Assembly: GCA_046462535.1 (NCBI GenBank)
Contig: JBKGVF010000016.1
Span: 11,363 to 75,362 of the forward strand
From: Ignatzschineriaceae bacterium
GTDB taxonomy: Bacteria; Pseudomonadota; Gammaproteobacteria; Cardiobacteriales; Wohlfahrtiimonadaceae
Direction: 5' to 3'
DNA: 64,000 bases
The notes under the pieces are model-generated. The model made no database searches and was not told the origin of the DNA. It saw only the letters and a list, made by a program, of their open reading frames with translations. A program made the position numbers and the translations under genes. Below, piece after piece: positions 1 through 11,972 of this stretch. The first letter of the stretch is position 1. Each line of letters begins with the position of its first letter.

Positions 1-1373
<1,373 letters not shown>

Positions 1374-1382
1374 TCTCTACCC

Positions 1383-2621
1383 TTAAATCTTTTTAAAGAG
1401 GAGGGAGCCATTTGTTCCCCCAAAGCCAAAGGAGTTACTTAAAGCAACCTCCACCTTATGGGATTGCGCCTCATGGGGTACTAGATTTAATCCAGCACAC
1501 CCCTCTTCGGGATTATCGAGATTAATGGTTGGTGGCACTACTTGATCCCGTATTGCCAATGTTGAGAAGACCGCTTCGATCCCCCCCGCAGCTCCTAATA
1601 GATGCCCTGTCATCGACTTTGTAGAGCTAATTGCCATCGATTTAATCCGCTCCCCTACCACCTTCTCTAAAGCGTAGATCTCAATCATATCCCCTAATGG
1701 GGTTGATGTTCCATGGGCGTTGACATAATCGAGCTCAGATGGATCTACTCCACCATCTTTTAGCGCTGCCGCCATACAGCGAGCCGCCCCATCACCATCG
1801 GGAGAGGGGGTTGTAATATGGTGTGCATCAGAGCTCATTCCAAATCCTGCCAATTCACAGTAGATCTTAGCACCCCGCTTTTTTGCATGCTCATACTCTT
1901 CTAATACTAAGATCCCTGCTCCATCCCCTAACATAAAACCATCCCGATCTTGATCCCAAGGGCGAGAGGCTTTTTCAGGCTCATCATTCCGGCGAGAGAG
2001 TGCTCGCGCGGCAGCAAAACCACCAATTCCGGTGGGGCAAGTAGCCATCTCTGCTCCCCCTGTCACCATCACATCAGCATCTCCATAAGCAATAAGCCGT
2101 GCTGCTAAACCGATCGCATGGGTGGCCGAAGCACAAGCGGTAACCGTTGCTAAATTGGGGCCTTTTAACCCCCGCATAATGGAGAGCTGACCTGCCACCA
2201 TATTGATAATTGCTCCTGGGACAAAGAATGGGCTAACCCGCCTCGGCCCCCGCTCTAAAATAACATTATGGGTCTCCTCAATTGCTGGAAGCCCCCCAAT
2301 TCCTGACCCTACCATAGAGCCAATACGCTCTGCATTCTCTTCTGTAATCTCTAGTCCGGAATCATCAAGAGCCGCTAAACTAGCAGAGAGTCCATATTGT
2401 AAAAAGAGATCCATACGGCGAGCATCGCGCGGATTGAGATATTCTGCCACATCGAACTCTTTGACAGGCGCCGAAAAGGTGACGGGATAATCAGAGGCAT
2501 CAAAGAGGGTAATGGGAGCGGCGCCACTTCTTCCGGCAAGTAGATTCTTCCATGATTCTTCTACACTATTCCCAACAGGGGTAATCGCCCCTAAACCCGT
2601 AACAACGATACGACGCTTCAT
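1383..2621 (-). CDS. fabF: 3-oxoacyl-ACP synthase II
   Basis: 412 aa. Active-site Cys in [11 protein letters not shown], His motifs [10 protein letters not shown] and [12 protein letters not shown]-terminal [15 protein letters not shown]. Directly downstream of acpP. Confidence 0.95.
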   Translation of the reverse strand: MKRRIVVTGLGAITPVGNSVEESWKNLLAGRSGAAPITLFDASDYPVTFSAPVKEFDVAEYLNPRDARRMDLFLQYGLSASLAALDDSGLEITEENAERIGSMVGSGIGGLPAIEETHNVILERGPRRVSPFFVPGAIINMVAGQLSIMRGLKGPNLATVTACASATHAIGLAARLIAYGDADVMVTGGAEMATCPTGIGGFAAARALSRRNDEPEKASRPWDQDRDGFMLGDGAGILVLEEYEHAKKRGAKIYCELAGFGMSSDAHHITTPSPDGDGAARCMAAALKDGGVDPSELDYVNAHGTSTPLGDMIEIYALEKVVGERIKSMAISSTKSMTGHLLGAAGGIEAVFSTLAIRDQVVPPTINLDNPEEGCAGLNLVPHEAQSHKVEVALSNSFGFGGTNGSLLFKKI

Positions 2622-2673
2622 ACTTAAATTCCTCTCTTACAATTTCTAGATCGTTAATTGTTCGCTAATATAA

Positions 2674-2726
2674 CAAGAAAGCGACTCTGTTTTAAAACTT
2701 AAAAAAATAAGTCCAAACAGAGTCGC
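2674..2726 (-). terminator. Hairpin plus U-tract between acpP and fabF (partial terminator/attenuator)
   Basis: 12-bp perfect arms gcgactctgttt (2681-2692) and aaacagagtcgc (2715-2726). On the minus strand they are followed by tttcttg. The 22-nt loop is large, so strength is uncertain. Confidence 0.45.
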
Positions 2727-2825
2727 CTCAAATCGTCAATTGTGACTACTGATCTAATCAATTACAGCGTAAATGCTAAGCTAATAATCGGATCATAATC
2801 TTAAGCTAGGCTTAGGATTATCCTC

Positions 2826-3059
2826 TTATTTGTTGGCGTTTACGTAGTCAATAGCCTGTTGAACAGTTGTGATCTTCTCAGCTTCCTCGTCAGGAATTTC
2901 GCAATCGAACTCTTCTTCAAGAGCCATTACTAATTCAACTGTATCGAGTGAATCTGCACCTAAATCGTCAACAAAAGATGCCGCGTTTACAACTTGCTCT
3001 TCTTTAACATCAAGTTGTTCCATAATAATGTTTTTGACACGTACTTCGATGTCGCTCAT
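2826..3059 (-). CDS. acpP: Acyl carrier protein
   Basis: 77 aa, acidic. The DSLDTVELV motif carries the phosphopantetheine-attachment Ser. Flanked by fabG and fabF. Confidence 0.97.
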   Translation of the reverse strand: MSDIEVRVKNIIMEQLDVKEEQVVNAASFVDDLGADSLDTVELVMALEEEFDCEIPDEEAEKITTVQQAIDYVNANK

Positions 3060-3191
3060 AACTCTTCTTATCCTTAACTAATTTAACAATAGGCACAATT
3101 GCCATGGAGATTATTCTACAGGGATTTCAAATCGTTCAAAACCCCTTTCTAGAAACTAATCCGATAAGTATAATTGCCTTTGATTGAAAAA

Positions 3192-3926
3192 TCAATCCAT
3201 CAACATTCCACCATTGACCTGAATCGTCTCCCCTGTGATGTAGCTTGCTCGCTCGGAAGCTAAAAAGGTAACCGCATGGGCAATCTCTTCAGGAGACCCT
3301 AATCGATCTAATGGAATCTGTGCTAATAGGCGCTCTTTAATCTCTTCTGGAAGATCTTTCGTCATATCGGTATCAATAAAACCAGGAGCAACAGCATTAA
3401 CGGTAATGCCTCGTGAGCCCACCTCTTGCGCCATCGATTTAGTAAAACCGATAACCCCTGCTTTTGCCGCGGCATAGTTGGTTTGCCCAGCATTACCGGT
3501 TACCCCAACGACAGAACTAATGTTAATAATACGGCCAAAACGAGCCTTCATCATCGGGCGCATCACCGCTTTAGAGAGGGTATAGACACTTGTTAAATTG
3601 GTATGAATAACATCAAGCCAATCCTCATCCTTCATTCGCATCAAGAGCTGATCTTTCGTTATGCCCGCATTATTAACTAAGATTGTGGGGGCCTCTCTCT
3701 CTTCGGCAATAACCTTTAAGACCGCTTCCACATTCTCCTTATCGGTAACATCAAGGCGCAATCCCCGCCCCTGATCACCTAAATACTCACTAATGGTCGC
3801 TGCGCCTCCATCGGAGGTGGCCGTTCCATAAACATAAGCTCCTTGGGCTGCTAAATCGGCTGCAATTGCACGACCAATGCCCCGTGTTGCCCCCGTTACA
3901 AGTGCTACTCTTCCTTCAAAACTCAT
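3192..3926 (-). CDS. fabG: 3-oxoacyl-ACP reductase
   Basis: 244 aa SDR. TGATRGIGRAIA cofactor motif, NNAG, catalytic YAAAKAG. Immediately upstream of acpP. Confidence 0.95.
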   Translation of the reverse strand: MSFEGRVALVTGATRGIGRAIAADLAAQGAYVYGTATSDGGAATISEYLGDQGRGLRLDVTDKENVEAVLKVIAEEREAPTILVNNAGITKDQLLMRMKDEDWLDVIHTNLTSVYTLSKAVMRPMMKARFGRIINISSVVGVTGNAGQTNYAAAKAGVIGFTKSMAQEVGSRGITVNAVAPGFIDTDMTKDLPEEIKERLLAQIPLDRLGSPEEIAHAVTFLASERASYITGETIQVNGGMLMD

Positions 3927-4131
3927 ATCATCACTCCTCTGACTAGAATTGGTAATAGGTTAATCGATATCGATGATCACTAACCGGATCGTAAAAAAGT
4001 TGTTGGTTGCTGATTGTAGAATAGTTACTGATTAATTTTTGGCTAACAACTGTCAATATTTAAATAGTTGAGGGGTAATAGTAAAGGGTACTTACCGTTA
4101 ACACCACCCCATTCATTGACCTATCATTGAG

Positions 4132-4851
4132 CTAAGCTCGCCCACAGGCACTCATCTCTAAGGTTAATTTATCTTCAACCTGCTTCCCCTCCTCCCATGG
4201 AGAGGCTTGCCGCATTAGGCGAATACTTAACTGATGACGATTCCCACTAAATTCTGGATAGAGGTCATGATCCTCAATATTTAGACGAACTAAGAGCGCA
4301 GGCCACTTAATCGAGCAGTAGTAGAAACCATTCTCAAATGTAATCTCTCGACTTTTAACCTTTGCCCGAATTTTTGCTAATACAAAGCCGATCGCCTCTT
4401 GGATCACTCTGAGCACCGCAAACCAGCGATAGAAGTGCTCTTTACGCACAGCGTGGGGCTTCTGTAACCAATGGTGAAGGGCGGGAAGATCAAACCCACA
4501 GACTCCGCCGGGAATATTAATCCGCTGCTTTAAGACATTAAGAAAGACATTCTCTTTAATACTATCGTAGGCTCGAATTGAGAGATGATTGAGCGTACGC
4601 TTCACCTCCTCCATCTCACTGCGCTCCGCTTCGGAGTAGTTCTCATCTAAAATGGCGCGATCTAAGATACGAAGCAGCTCAATCTTCAGATCATTTTTAG
4701 AGACGAGCCCTACAATATCGAGAAGTGTCCTAATTGCAGCTAATGTACTCGGCGTTGAGTCGATTGCCATGTAGGATTCCGCCTGCTCAAAGAGCATCTC
4801 AATACGCAACAGGCGACGCATCCCTTCTGTTAAGGGGTATTCATAAATCAT
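4132..4851 (-). CDS. zapD: Cell division protein ZapD (YacF)
   Basis: 239 aa. YPLTEGMRRLLRIEMLFEQ and IPGGVCGFDLPALHHWL align with E. coli ZapD (HPLNEKMRTWLRIEFL and IPGGCCSFDLPTLHIWL). Follows coaE as in many gammaproteobacteria. Confidence 0.85.
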   Translation of the reverse strand: MIYEYPLTEGMRRLLRIEMLFEQAESYMAIDSTPSTLAAIRTLLDIVGLVSKNDLKIELLRILDRAILDENYSEAERSEMEEVKRTLNHLSIRAYDSIKENVFLNVLKQRINIPGGVCGFDLPALHHWLQKPHAVRKEHFYRWFAVLRVIQEAIGFVLAKIRAKVKSREITFENGFYYCSIKWPALLVRLNIEDHDLYPEFSGNRHQLSIRLMRQASPWEEGKQVEDKLTLEMSACGRA

Positions 4852-5483
4852 GATTGACCTTTAAGATAGTTATTGTGGAGTAGCTGTAAGCGCTGGATTG
4901 TACCTGCTCTATTATGATTGATAATAATATCATCTGCAAACTGGCGCCGCTCAAGCCGTGAGATTTGGGCTGCAATCATCCGCTCAGCTAATGCTTGGGA
5001 GATCCCATCACGGGCCATAAGGCGTCGCAGCTGCTCCCTCTCATCAACCTCAACCACCAATACACGATCGGCAAGAGCAAGATACTCTGACCCCTCATGT
5101 AAGAGGGGAACAACAGTCAGATAGTATCCCTCCTCTAAAGGGGGGGAAATCGCCTCTTTGGTCATCTGTAAAATTTGAGGATGCATGAGCCCCTCAAGCC
5201 ACTTCTTCGCATCCTGATCTGTAAAGATCCTCTCTCGCAGTGCAGCTCGATCTAACTGCAATCCTCCATCAACAATAGTGTCACCAAACTGAGCACGAAT
5301 CGCCGTTAAGGTAGCGTAGCCCCGATCATTATCCGGCACCGTTAAGGTTCGGGCTAATTGGTCGGTATCCACCACCACGGCACCTAAAGAGGCAAGGTAG
5401 TCAGAGACAAAGCTCTTCCCTGAGGCGATTCCACCTGTTAATAAGATATTGGTATTACTCCGCGCCACAACACCCCCCATCAA
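4848..5483 (-). CDS. coaE: Dephospho-CoA kinase
   Basis: 211 aa with P-loop LTGGIASGKS. 4-bp overlap with zapD and abuts the pilD stop. The true start could be ATG at 5480 rather than TTG at 5483. Confidence 0.9.
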   Translation of the reverse strand: MMGGVVARSNTNILLTGGIASGKSFVSDYLASLGAVVVDTDQLARTLTVPDNDRGYATLTAIRAQFGDTIVDGGLQLDRAALRERIFTDQDAKKWLEGLMHPQILQMTKEAISPPLEEGYYLTVVPLLHEGSEYLALADRVLVVEVDEREQLRRLMARDGISQALAERMIAAQISRLERRQFADDIIINHNRAGTIQRLQLLHNNYLKGQS

Positions 5484-6419
5484 CTAGAAGGGGAAGAGTG
5501 GGAGGATCTGCTCCGAAAAGAGGAGCATAACAACACCTCCAAGTGCTAAGTAGGGACCGAAGGGAATCGGCTTATTACGATCGTGCTTAAAGAATGCTAT
5601 AAGTGCAATTCCCACAATAGAGCCAATCAGTGTGGAGAGAATCACCACAGGCAAGATTGCTCCCGCCCCAAGCCATGCCCCAATTAAGGAGAGAAGCTTA
5701 AAATCCCCATGCCCCATTCCCCGCTTTTTAAAGAGGAGAAGAACAAACCAATAGATTACCCAGAAGAAGAGATACCCCACAATTGCCCCAATAAATGCGG
5801 AGGAGAAATCGATCGGGAGCACCCCAAAGTAGGCTAAAATCAATCCTAGCCAGATCATGGGCAGTGTTAAATTATCGGGCAAAATGTAGTGCTTAAAGTC
5901 GATAAAGGTAAGTGAGATAATCACCCACACAAAGAGTAGATAACCTGCCGTTGCCCAGGTAGCACCAAAACGATAGGCCACCCCTGCTGATAATAATCCC
6001 GTTAAGAGCTCAATGAGTGGATATTGCACCGATATCTTACTACTACATCCGGCACAGCGCCCCCGCAGCCAGAGCCAGCTTAGAAGCGGAATATTCTGTA
6101 AGCTGCTGATTTTGTGCCCACAATTTGGGCAAGCTGAGCGGGGTGTTGCTAAAAAACGATACCCCTTAACTGGCTCAGTCAGCGTCAACGCCTCTTCGGT
6201 AACCATCTGCTTATCAATCAATGGTAGACCGATCTTACGCTTCTCCTTTAATGCCTCAGTTAAAATCATCGAGATATTAAAGTGCCACTCACTCTCAAGA
6301 ATTAGTGGAAGCCTATAGATAACGACATTAAGAAAACTGCCTACTAGCAGACCAAAAAGAAAGCACCCTCCAACTAAAAAAGGTGGAAGGTGCAAAAGAG
6401 ATAGTAAATTTTCAATCAT
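5484..6419 (-). CDS. pilD: Prepilin peptidase / N-methyltransferase
   Basis: 311 aa polytopic membrane protein. Cys-rich cytoplasmic loop CPNCGH...CAGC, and the active-site region GMGHGDFKL typical of A24 peptidases. Confidence 0.92.
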   Translation of the reverse strand: MIENLLSLLHLPPFLVGGCFLFGLLVGSFLNVVIYRLPLILESEWHFNISMILTEALKEKRKIGLPLIDKQMVTEEALTLTEPVKGYRFLATPRSACPNCGHKISSLQNIPLLSWLWLRGRCAGCSSKISVQYPLIELLTGLLSAGVAYRFGATWATAGYLLFVWVIISLTFIDFKHYILPDNLTLPMIWLGLILAYFGVLPIDFSSAFIGAIVGYLFFWVIYWFVLLLFKKRGMGHGDFKLLSLIGAWLGAGAILPVVILSTLIGSIVGIALIAFFKHDRNKPIPFGPYLALGGVVMLLFSEQILPLFPF

Positions 6420-6440
6420 ATATACAATTATAGCCTTAGC

Positions 6441-7658
6441 TTAGAACATATCGCCCATTGAGAAGAGGGGTAGATACATAGCAATGATAATCCCCCCAAT
6501 AATAACCCCTAAAAAGACAATTAAGAAGGGTTCAATTAGGGACATTAATGCCGCAACAGTACCATCAATATCCTCTTCATACTGCTCAGCAACACTCATT
6601 AACATCGCAGAGAGATCCCCTGCCTTCTCACCAATGCCCACCATATGAACAACCATCTCGGGGAAGAGATTAGATTGCTTCATCGCAAAGTTGAGCTCCT
6701 GCCCGATTGAGACATCATCTCGCATCTTAAGAATCGCCTCCTTAAAGAGGAGATTTCCGGCAGAGTTAGCGACTGTCTGCAGTGATGAGATCATCGGCGT
6801 TCCCGCATCGTACATTGTTGCTAATGTACGGGCAAAAACAGCACTATTTTGCAGTGAGATAAGGTCTCCAACAATCGGAATCTTAAGGCTCATCTCATGG
6901 ACTCGGTAACGTAATGTATAACTTCGCTTAATCGCCTGTCGGATTCCCCACCCAATTGCCACTATCGCTAAGAGAAGGAAGACAAAGTTTTTACTCTGCA
7001 CAAACTCAGAGATATTGACAACCACCTGCGTAGGCCCGGGTAGTGCAGCACCACTTGAAGCAAAGAGATCCTCGAACACCGGCACCACCTTCCAGAGAAT
7101 AACAAAGGTGATAATCAGCGCGATTGTAATAACAGCGATAGGGTAGACAAGCGCCTTCTTAATCGCCTTTTTAATCCCTTCAGTCTTCTCTAAAAAGATA
7201 GCGAGCTGCTCAAAAACCCGCTGTAATGTACCGGACTCCTCTCCGGCATGGACGAGACCACGGAACATACTACTGAAGATCTCAGGGTGCTTATTTAGGG
7301 CACCAGCAAATCCTTCTCCACGATCAACATCAGCACGAATCGCTAGCAGAAGCTCCCGCATACTAAGCTTAGTCATCCCCGATGCCTGCATTCCCAATGC
7401 TTCCGAGATGGGGATTCCAGCCCCCATCATCGTGGCCATTTGGCGTGCAAAGACCATGATGTCCCCACTGTTAACCTTCCCCCCTTTTGTCGCTTTTCGC
7501 TTAGCACGATCGACACTGATGGGTTGAATCCCTTGCTGAACAATTAGGGAACGCACTTCTGAAGGGGATGCGGCACGTTGCAACCCTTCTACACGTTTAC
7601 CTGAGCGATCTCGCCCTACCCACTTAAAGTCATATTCTCTTCTAACTTGTAACGCCAT
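6441..7658 (-). CDS. pilC: Type IV pilus platform protein PilC (GspF family)
   Basis: 405 aa with the duplicated GspF-type domain architecture and 3 predicted TM segments. Directly upstream of pilD. Confidence 0.9.
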   Translation of the reverse strand: MALQVRREYDFKWVGRDRSGKRVEGLQRAASPSEVRSLIVQQGIQPISVDRAKRKATKGGKVNSGDIMVFARQMATMMGAGIPISEALGMQASGMTKLSMRELLLAIRADVDRGEGFAGALNKHPEIFSSMFRGLVHAGEESGTLQRVFEQLAIFLEKTEGIKKAIKKALVYPIAVITIALIITFVILWKVVPVFEDLFASSGAALPGPTQVVVNISEFVQSKNFVFLLLAIVAIGWGIRQAIKRSYTLRYRVHEMSLKIPIVGDLISLQNSAVFARTLATMYDAGTPMISSLQTVANSAGNLLFKEAILKMRDDVSIGQELNFAMKQSNLFPEMVVHMVGIGEKAGDLSAMLMSVAEQYEEDIDGTVAALMSLIEPFLIVFLGVIIGGIIIAMYLPLFSMGDMF

Positions 7659-7949
7659 AGCTACCCATTAAATATACTATTATTCAATTAACGAACCCTC
7701 CAATCATCTATAGGAGCGATCCATCTCTGCTTAAATTTAAAATTAAAGTAGCGTTAGGATAACCCTTTTACCCTATTCCATCAATCGAAAAGAGTGAAAA
7801 GCACGAACAGATCAAGAAAGATCCTTACACTTCTTTGCGGTAGAGCCCGATTCCGACAAACTCAGAGAATAAAAAATATTTTCAGAAGGTTGCCTAACCA
7901 AGCCCTCTTTTAGTGTAAAGCGCTGTAAAAGTAGCAACAGAAGAGAGAA

Positions 7950-7993
7950 GCAGAAAGAGAAAGACCCAAGTACTCAATTGAATACTTGGGTCT
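7950..7993 (-). terminator. Rho-independent terminator after tRNA-Leu
   Basis: 11-bp arms agacccaagta (7962-7972) and tacttgggtct (7983-7993). The minus-strand transcript continues tttctctttctg. Confidence 0.75.
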
Positions 7994-7997
7994 TTGT

Positions 7998-8082
7998 TGG
8001 TACCGACGCCCAGATTTGAACTGGGATGCTGTTAGGCACTACCACCTCAAGGTAGCGTGTCTACCAATTCCACCACGCCGGC
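7998..8082 (-). tRNA. tRNA-Leu (anticodon GAG)
   Basis: Reverse complement GCCGGCGTGGTGGAATTGGTAGACACGCTACCTTGAGGTGGTAGTGCCTAACAGCATCCCAGTTCAAATCTGGGCGTCGGTACCA folds as a class II tRNA with a long variable arm. Anticodon loop TTGAGGT, encoded CCA. The secG-tRNA-Leu linkage matches E. coli secG-leuU. Confidence 0.93.
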
Positions 8083-8107
8083 ATAAAACTAAAACTTTTG
8101 ATTGATC

Positions 8108-8440
8108 CTACTCTTCGATTGCAGGTAGTGTTGTACTGCTTGAGGCACCCTCTTCTACTACAGGTAACTCTTGGGTGACACGTTCAACAACACTCTCATC
8201 ACTCTTAACTTTTCCAAAGTTAAACATCATAACTAAGCTTGTAATAAAGAAGATTCCTACTAAAACTCGGGTCAACTTCTCTAAAAAATTTGCTTTACCT
8301 GCCGCACCAAAGACTGTCCCTGATGCACCCCCTCCAAATGAGGCTCCTGCGTTAGCACCTTTCCCTTGCTGAAGGAGGACTAGCGCTATTATCGCAATGC
8401 AGATTATGATGTGTATTATGTACACTGCTGAATCAATCAT
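8108..8440 (-). CDS. secG: Preprotein translocase subunit SecG
   Basis: 110 aa with two TM helices. LLQQGKGANAGASFGGGASGTVFG matches the conserved SecG loop. Confidence 0.92.
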   Translation of the reverse strand: MIDSAVYIIHIIICIAIIALVLLQQGKGANAGASFGGGASGTVFGAAGKANFLEKLTRVLVGIFFITSLVMMFNFGKVKSDESVVERVTQELPVVEEGASSSTTLPAIEE

Positions 8441-8506
8441 GTCGTATACTATAGTCCAATTAGGTTATAAAAAAAAGCGTAATTATTGCCCACCATTTTG
8501 GGGGAA

Positions 8507-9253
8507 TTAGAGCTGCGCAATAGCGCTAAACTCCTCCGCTTTTAAGGAGGCACCACCAATTAACGCGCCATCCACCTCCTCCTCATTAAAGAGAGTGGGG
8601 GCCGAGTCACCATTGACGCTACCACCATAAACAATTCGAATAAGGGGTGAGATCTTATCACTATATTTCTCGATTGTACAGCGAAGAATTTTATGAGCAT
8701 TATTTGCATCCTCAGGTGAGGCCGATTTACCTGTTCCGATGGCCCAGATAGGCTCATAAGCGATCACCGCATCCTTAAAAGCATCAATTCCCACCTGTTC
8801 GATAACAGAGGTTAACTGACGTCTAATTACCGCCTCTGTCTCCCCTGCCTCCCGCTCTTTTGCACTCTCCCCAAGGCAGAGAACCGGCATCAACCCCTCA
8901 GCTAGCGCACGCTCAAACTTAGTAGCTACCACCTCATCACTCTCACCGAAGAGCTCTCTACGCTCTGAGTGACCAACTAATACATACTCACAGCCACTCT
9001 CTTTTAACATAGCACCGGAGACCTCTCCTGTATAAGCGCCAGATTGGTAAGCGGCTATATTTTGCGCTCCAACCTTAATCCCACTGCCTGCTACTAAAGC
9101 AGTAACTTGTGGAATATAGAGTGTCGGTGGAAAGATCACCACCTCCGCTGTTGGCTCTTTTAGCTGCTCTTTAATCCCTGCAATTAGGCGCTCATTCTCA
9201 CTGAGAGAGCCATTCATCTTCCAGTTACCTGCAACAAATCGTTTGCGACTCAT
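8507..9253 (-). CDS. tpiA: Triosephosphate isomerase
   Basis: 248 aa. Motifs AGNWKMNG, VGHSERR and AYEPIWAIGTGK. Confidence 0.96.
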   Translation of the reverse strand: MSRKRFVAGNWKMNGSLSENERLIAGIKEQLKEPTAEVVIFPPTLYIPQVTALVAGSGIKVGAQNIAAYQSGAYTGEVSGAMLKESGCEYVLVGHSERRELFGESDEVVATKFERALAEGLMPVLCLGESAKEREAGETEAVIRRQLTSVIEQVGIDAFKDAVIAYEPIWAIGTGKSASPEDANNAHKILRCTIEKYSDKISPLIRIVYGGSVNGDSAPTLFNEEEVDGALIGGASLKAEEFSAIAQL

Positions 9254-9338
9254 TATCTATCTACCTCATCTTCAATAAATCTTGTGACAAATAAAGCATA
9301 AATGATCTCTTAAAAGAATAACACTCTTACGCCTCTTT

Positions 9339-9347
9339 TGTTATAAT
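9339..9347 (+). promoter_or_regulatory. Candidate extended -10 promoter element (TGtTATAAT) for mreB
   Basis: A perfect TGnTATAAT lies about 145 nt upstream of the mreB ATG. The -35 region is weak. No experimental support. Confidence 0.4.
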
Positions 9348-9492
9348 TACCCTCTCTAATTTGCTTGCCTATTGATTGAGCAGCCCTAGGTAGGGTTTTA
9401 AGTTGTAAGCCTCATCAGATCAGAGGCGCTCTGTAGAGCACCTTATGCGATACAAGCATCCTAACCGATTCGTTAATTGTAAGTAGAACATT

Positions 9493-10545
9493 ATGATCCC
9501 AAAACGTTTAAAATCTTTCTTCTCTCGCGATCTCTCTATTGATCTTGGCACCGCCAACACACTTATCTATATGAAGGGGCAAGGCATTGTCCTCGACGAG
9601 CCCTCAGTCGTTGCAATTGAGCGCGACAAAAAGACAGGTCGCCCCCGTCTTTCGGCTGTAGGAGCAGAGGCTAAGCGAATGTTAGGGCGTACTCCCGATG
9701 GGATTGAGACGACTCGACCTCTAAAAGATGGGGTGATTGCCGATCTGCCAAAAACAGAGCGGATGTTGCAGAACTTTATCAATCAAGTACTCACTCGCAA
9801 TATCTTTCTTGGACGCCCAACACCAAGAATTATAGTCTGCGTTCCCTCAGGAGCTACCCACGTAGAGCGCCGCGCAATTAAAGAGGCTGCACAGAGTGCT
9901 GGGGCTTTAGATGTGAAACTCATACCCGAACCGATGGCTGCTGCTCTTGGTGCAGGGATCCCAGTACAAGAAGCCACTGGATCGATGGTGCTCGATATTG
10001 GTGGAGGTACCTCTGAAGTTGCCGTCATGTCACTTACTGGTATTGTCTATGCTAACTCTGTTCGCATTGGTGGCGATACCTTTGATGAAGCGATTATCAA
10101 TTATGTGCGACGCAACTATGGCATGCTCATTGGTGAACCTACAGCAGAACGTATCAAGCACGATATTGGTACCGCATTCCCCACCAGCGAGATCTTAGAG
10201 ACACAAGTTCGCGGCCGTAATTTAAGTGAGGGGGTGCCAAGAACGTTCACTCTCACCTCTAATGAGATCCTTGAGGCGCTTCTTGAGTCATTACAAGGCA
10301 TTGTGAGCGCTGTGCGCTTAGCCCTTGAATCGACCCCTCCCGAATTAGCAGCCGATATCTCGGAGCGGGGAATCGTTATTACCGGTGGTGGCGCACTGTT
10401 GCGGAATATCGCCCAACTCATTGAAGCAGAGACTGGATTAGATGCGATTATTGCCGATGACCCACTTACCTGTGTTGTACGTGGCGGTGGTAAAGCCCTC
10501 GAATTACATGGTCTTTATGGCAGTAATGCCTTTGGTTTAGAGTAG
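9493..10545 (+). CDS. mreB: Rod shape-determining actin homologue MreB
   Basis: 350 aa. [10 protein letters not shown] phosphate-1 motif, [21 protein letters not shown]. Confidence 0.97.
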   Translation: MIPKRLKSFFSRDLSIDLGTANTLIYMKGQGIVLDEPSVVAIERDKKTGRPRLSAVGAEAKRMLGRTPDGIETTRPLKDGVIADLPKTERMLQNFINQVLTRNIFLGRPTPRIIVCVPSGATHVERRAIKEAAQSAGALDVKLIPEPMAAALGAGIPVQEATGSMVLDIGGGTSEVAVMSLTGIVYANSVRIGGDTFDEAIINYVRRNYGMLIGEPTAERIKHDIGTAFPTSEILETQVRGRNLSEGVPRTFTLTSNEILEALLESLQGIVSAVRLALESTPPELAADISERGIVITGGGALLRNIAQLIEAETGLDAIIADDPLTCVVRGGGKALELHGLYGSNAFGLE

Positions 10546-10577
10546 CCCTTTGCCATTAATAATATTAAGGCTGACGC

Positions 10578-11420
10578 ATGAGTAGTGAAGAGAAGATCAT
10601 TGCCAACTACACGTGGCTTAAGGTTAAGACATTACTACTCTGCCTCTTTTCCCTCTTTCTAATGGCTATTGACCATCGTACAGAGAAGCTCACCCCTATT
10701 CGTTATGTTGGCTCCTATCTTACCGCCCCCTTGCATAAGATTGCAGAAGTCCCTTCCAATTTTTTTAGCGCAATAAAGCACTGGGTGCGGGATAAAGATG
10801 CGCTAATTCAGGAGATCAACGCACTTAAAAAGCGGGAGCTCTACCTCTCTTATGAGACACAAAAGATGGCCTCATTAACTGCCGAGAATAATCGTCTCCG
10901 CCTCCTGCTTAAATCATCGGTACGCATTGATGAGCCTACGCTAATTGCTAAGTTAGTGAATATCAGCACCGACCCCTATCGCCACATCATAACGCTTAAT
11001 CAAGGTGAGCGGGAGCAGATTGCTGTTAATCAGGCCGTACTCAATAGTGATGGAATTATTGGCCAGATTATTGAAGCAAATCCCCACTATAGTCAGGCTA
11101 TCCTCATTACTGATCCCCACCACTCACTTCCCGTAGAGATTAACCGAAATGGGGTGCGTGGCCTGGCAATGGGCAATGGGAAGCTCAATCAGATTGATAT
11201 TCGCAATATCTCAATAGAGGATGACGTTCGAGTGGGCGATCTCTTAGTGACCTCGGGCTTAGGTGGGCGCTTCCCCCATGGCTATCCCGTCGCTACCATC
11301 ACCTCTATTGATGTGGACTCAACAGGGTACTTTGCCAAAATCATTGCCACCCCAACCGCTAATCTTGATCGTATTCGCGAGGTGCTGGTAATTCTTAATC
11401 CCCAAGAGGGGGAGCGATAG
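10578..11420 (+). CDS. mreC: Rod shape-determining protein MreC
   Basis: 280 aa. N-terminal TM, a coiled-coil segment, and C-terminal beta domains ending VTSGLGGRFPHGYPVA. Between mreB and mreD. Confidence 0.9.
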   Translation: MSSEEKIIANYTWLKVKTLLLCLFSLFLMAIDHRTEKLTPIRYVGSYLTAPLHKIAEVPSNFFSAIKHWVRDKDALIQEINALKKRELYLSYETQKMASLTAENNRLRLLLKSSVRIDEPTLIAKLVNISTDPYRHIITLNQGEREQIAVNQAVLNSDGIIGQIIEANPHYSQAILITDPHHSLPVEINRNGVRGLAMGNGKLNQIDIRNISIEDDVRVGDLLVTSGLGGRFPHGYPVATITSIDVDSTGYFAKIIATPTANLDRIREVLVILNPQEGER

Positions 11421-11489
11421 TACTCCTCACTCAATTGATGGTAGAATTTCTCACAATAATTTATGGTGAACTGGTGAATAGGTAGTGGC

Positions 11490-11972
11490 ATGAAACGACC
11501 AATAACAATTCTTTTAACTCTACTGCTCGGGATTCTGCTCGATCTTATTCCAATGACCCGCCATCTTGAGGCGATCCGCCCCCACTGGACCTTAATGATT
11601 GTTATGTTCTGGGCCCTCTACCTTGAAAACCTCTTTAGTGTCGGCACTGCTTGGCTGGTTGGGCTCTTTCTCGATCTTACCAAGTCCTATATCTTTGGTC
11701 TGCATGGATTTATCTTTGCACTTGCCACCTTTTTAGTGAAAAAGTATTACCTGTGGCTGAAAGGTTTAACCCACTTAGAGCTGACCGTCTTAACAATTAT
11801 TATCTTTCTAATTCAGACTGTTGCCACCACTTGGATCAATGGCTTTTTAGGAAGCACCAGCCCCTATCCACACCTCTGGTTCCTCCCTATTATCAGCTCA
11901 ACCCTGTTGTGGCCATTAATAAGCAATCTCTTAAATGAGCTCTGCGTTATGTTAAATATTGATCATAAATGA
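11490..11972 (+). CDS. mreD: Rod shape-determining protein MreD
   Basis: 160 aa hydrophobic polytopic protein in the canonical position. 4-bp overlap with mrdA. Confidence 0.85.
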   Translation: MKRPITILLTLLLGILLDLIPMTRHLEAIRPHWTLMIVMFWALYLENLFSVGTAWLVGLFLDLTKSYIFGLHGFIFALATFLVKKYYLWLKGLTHLELTVLTIIIFLIQTVATTWINGFLGSTSPYPHLWFLPIISSTLLWPLISNLLNELCVMLNIDHK

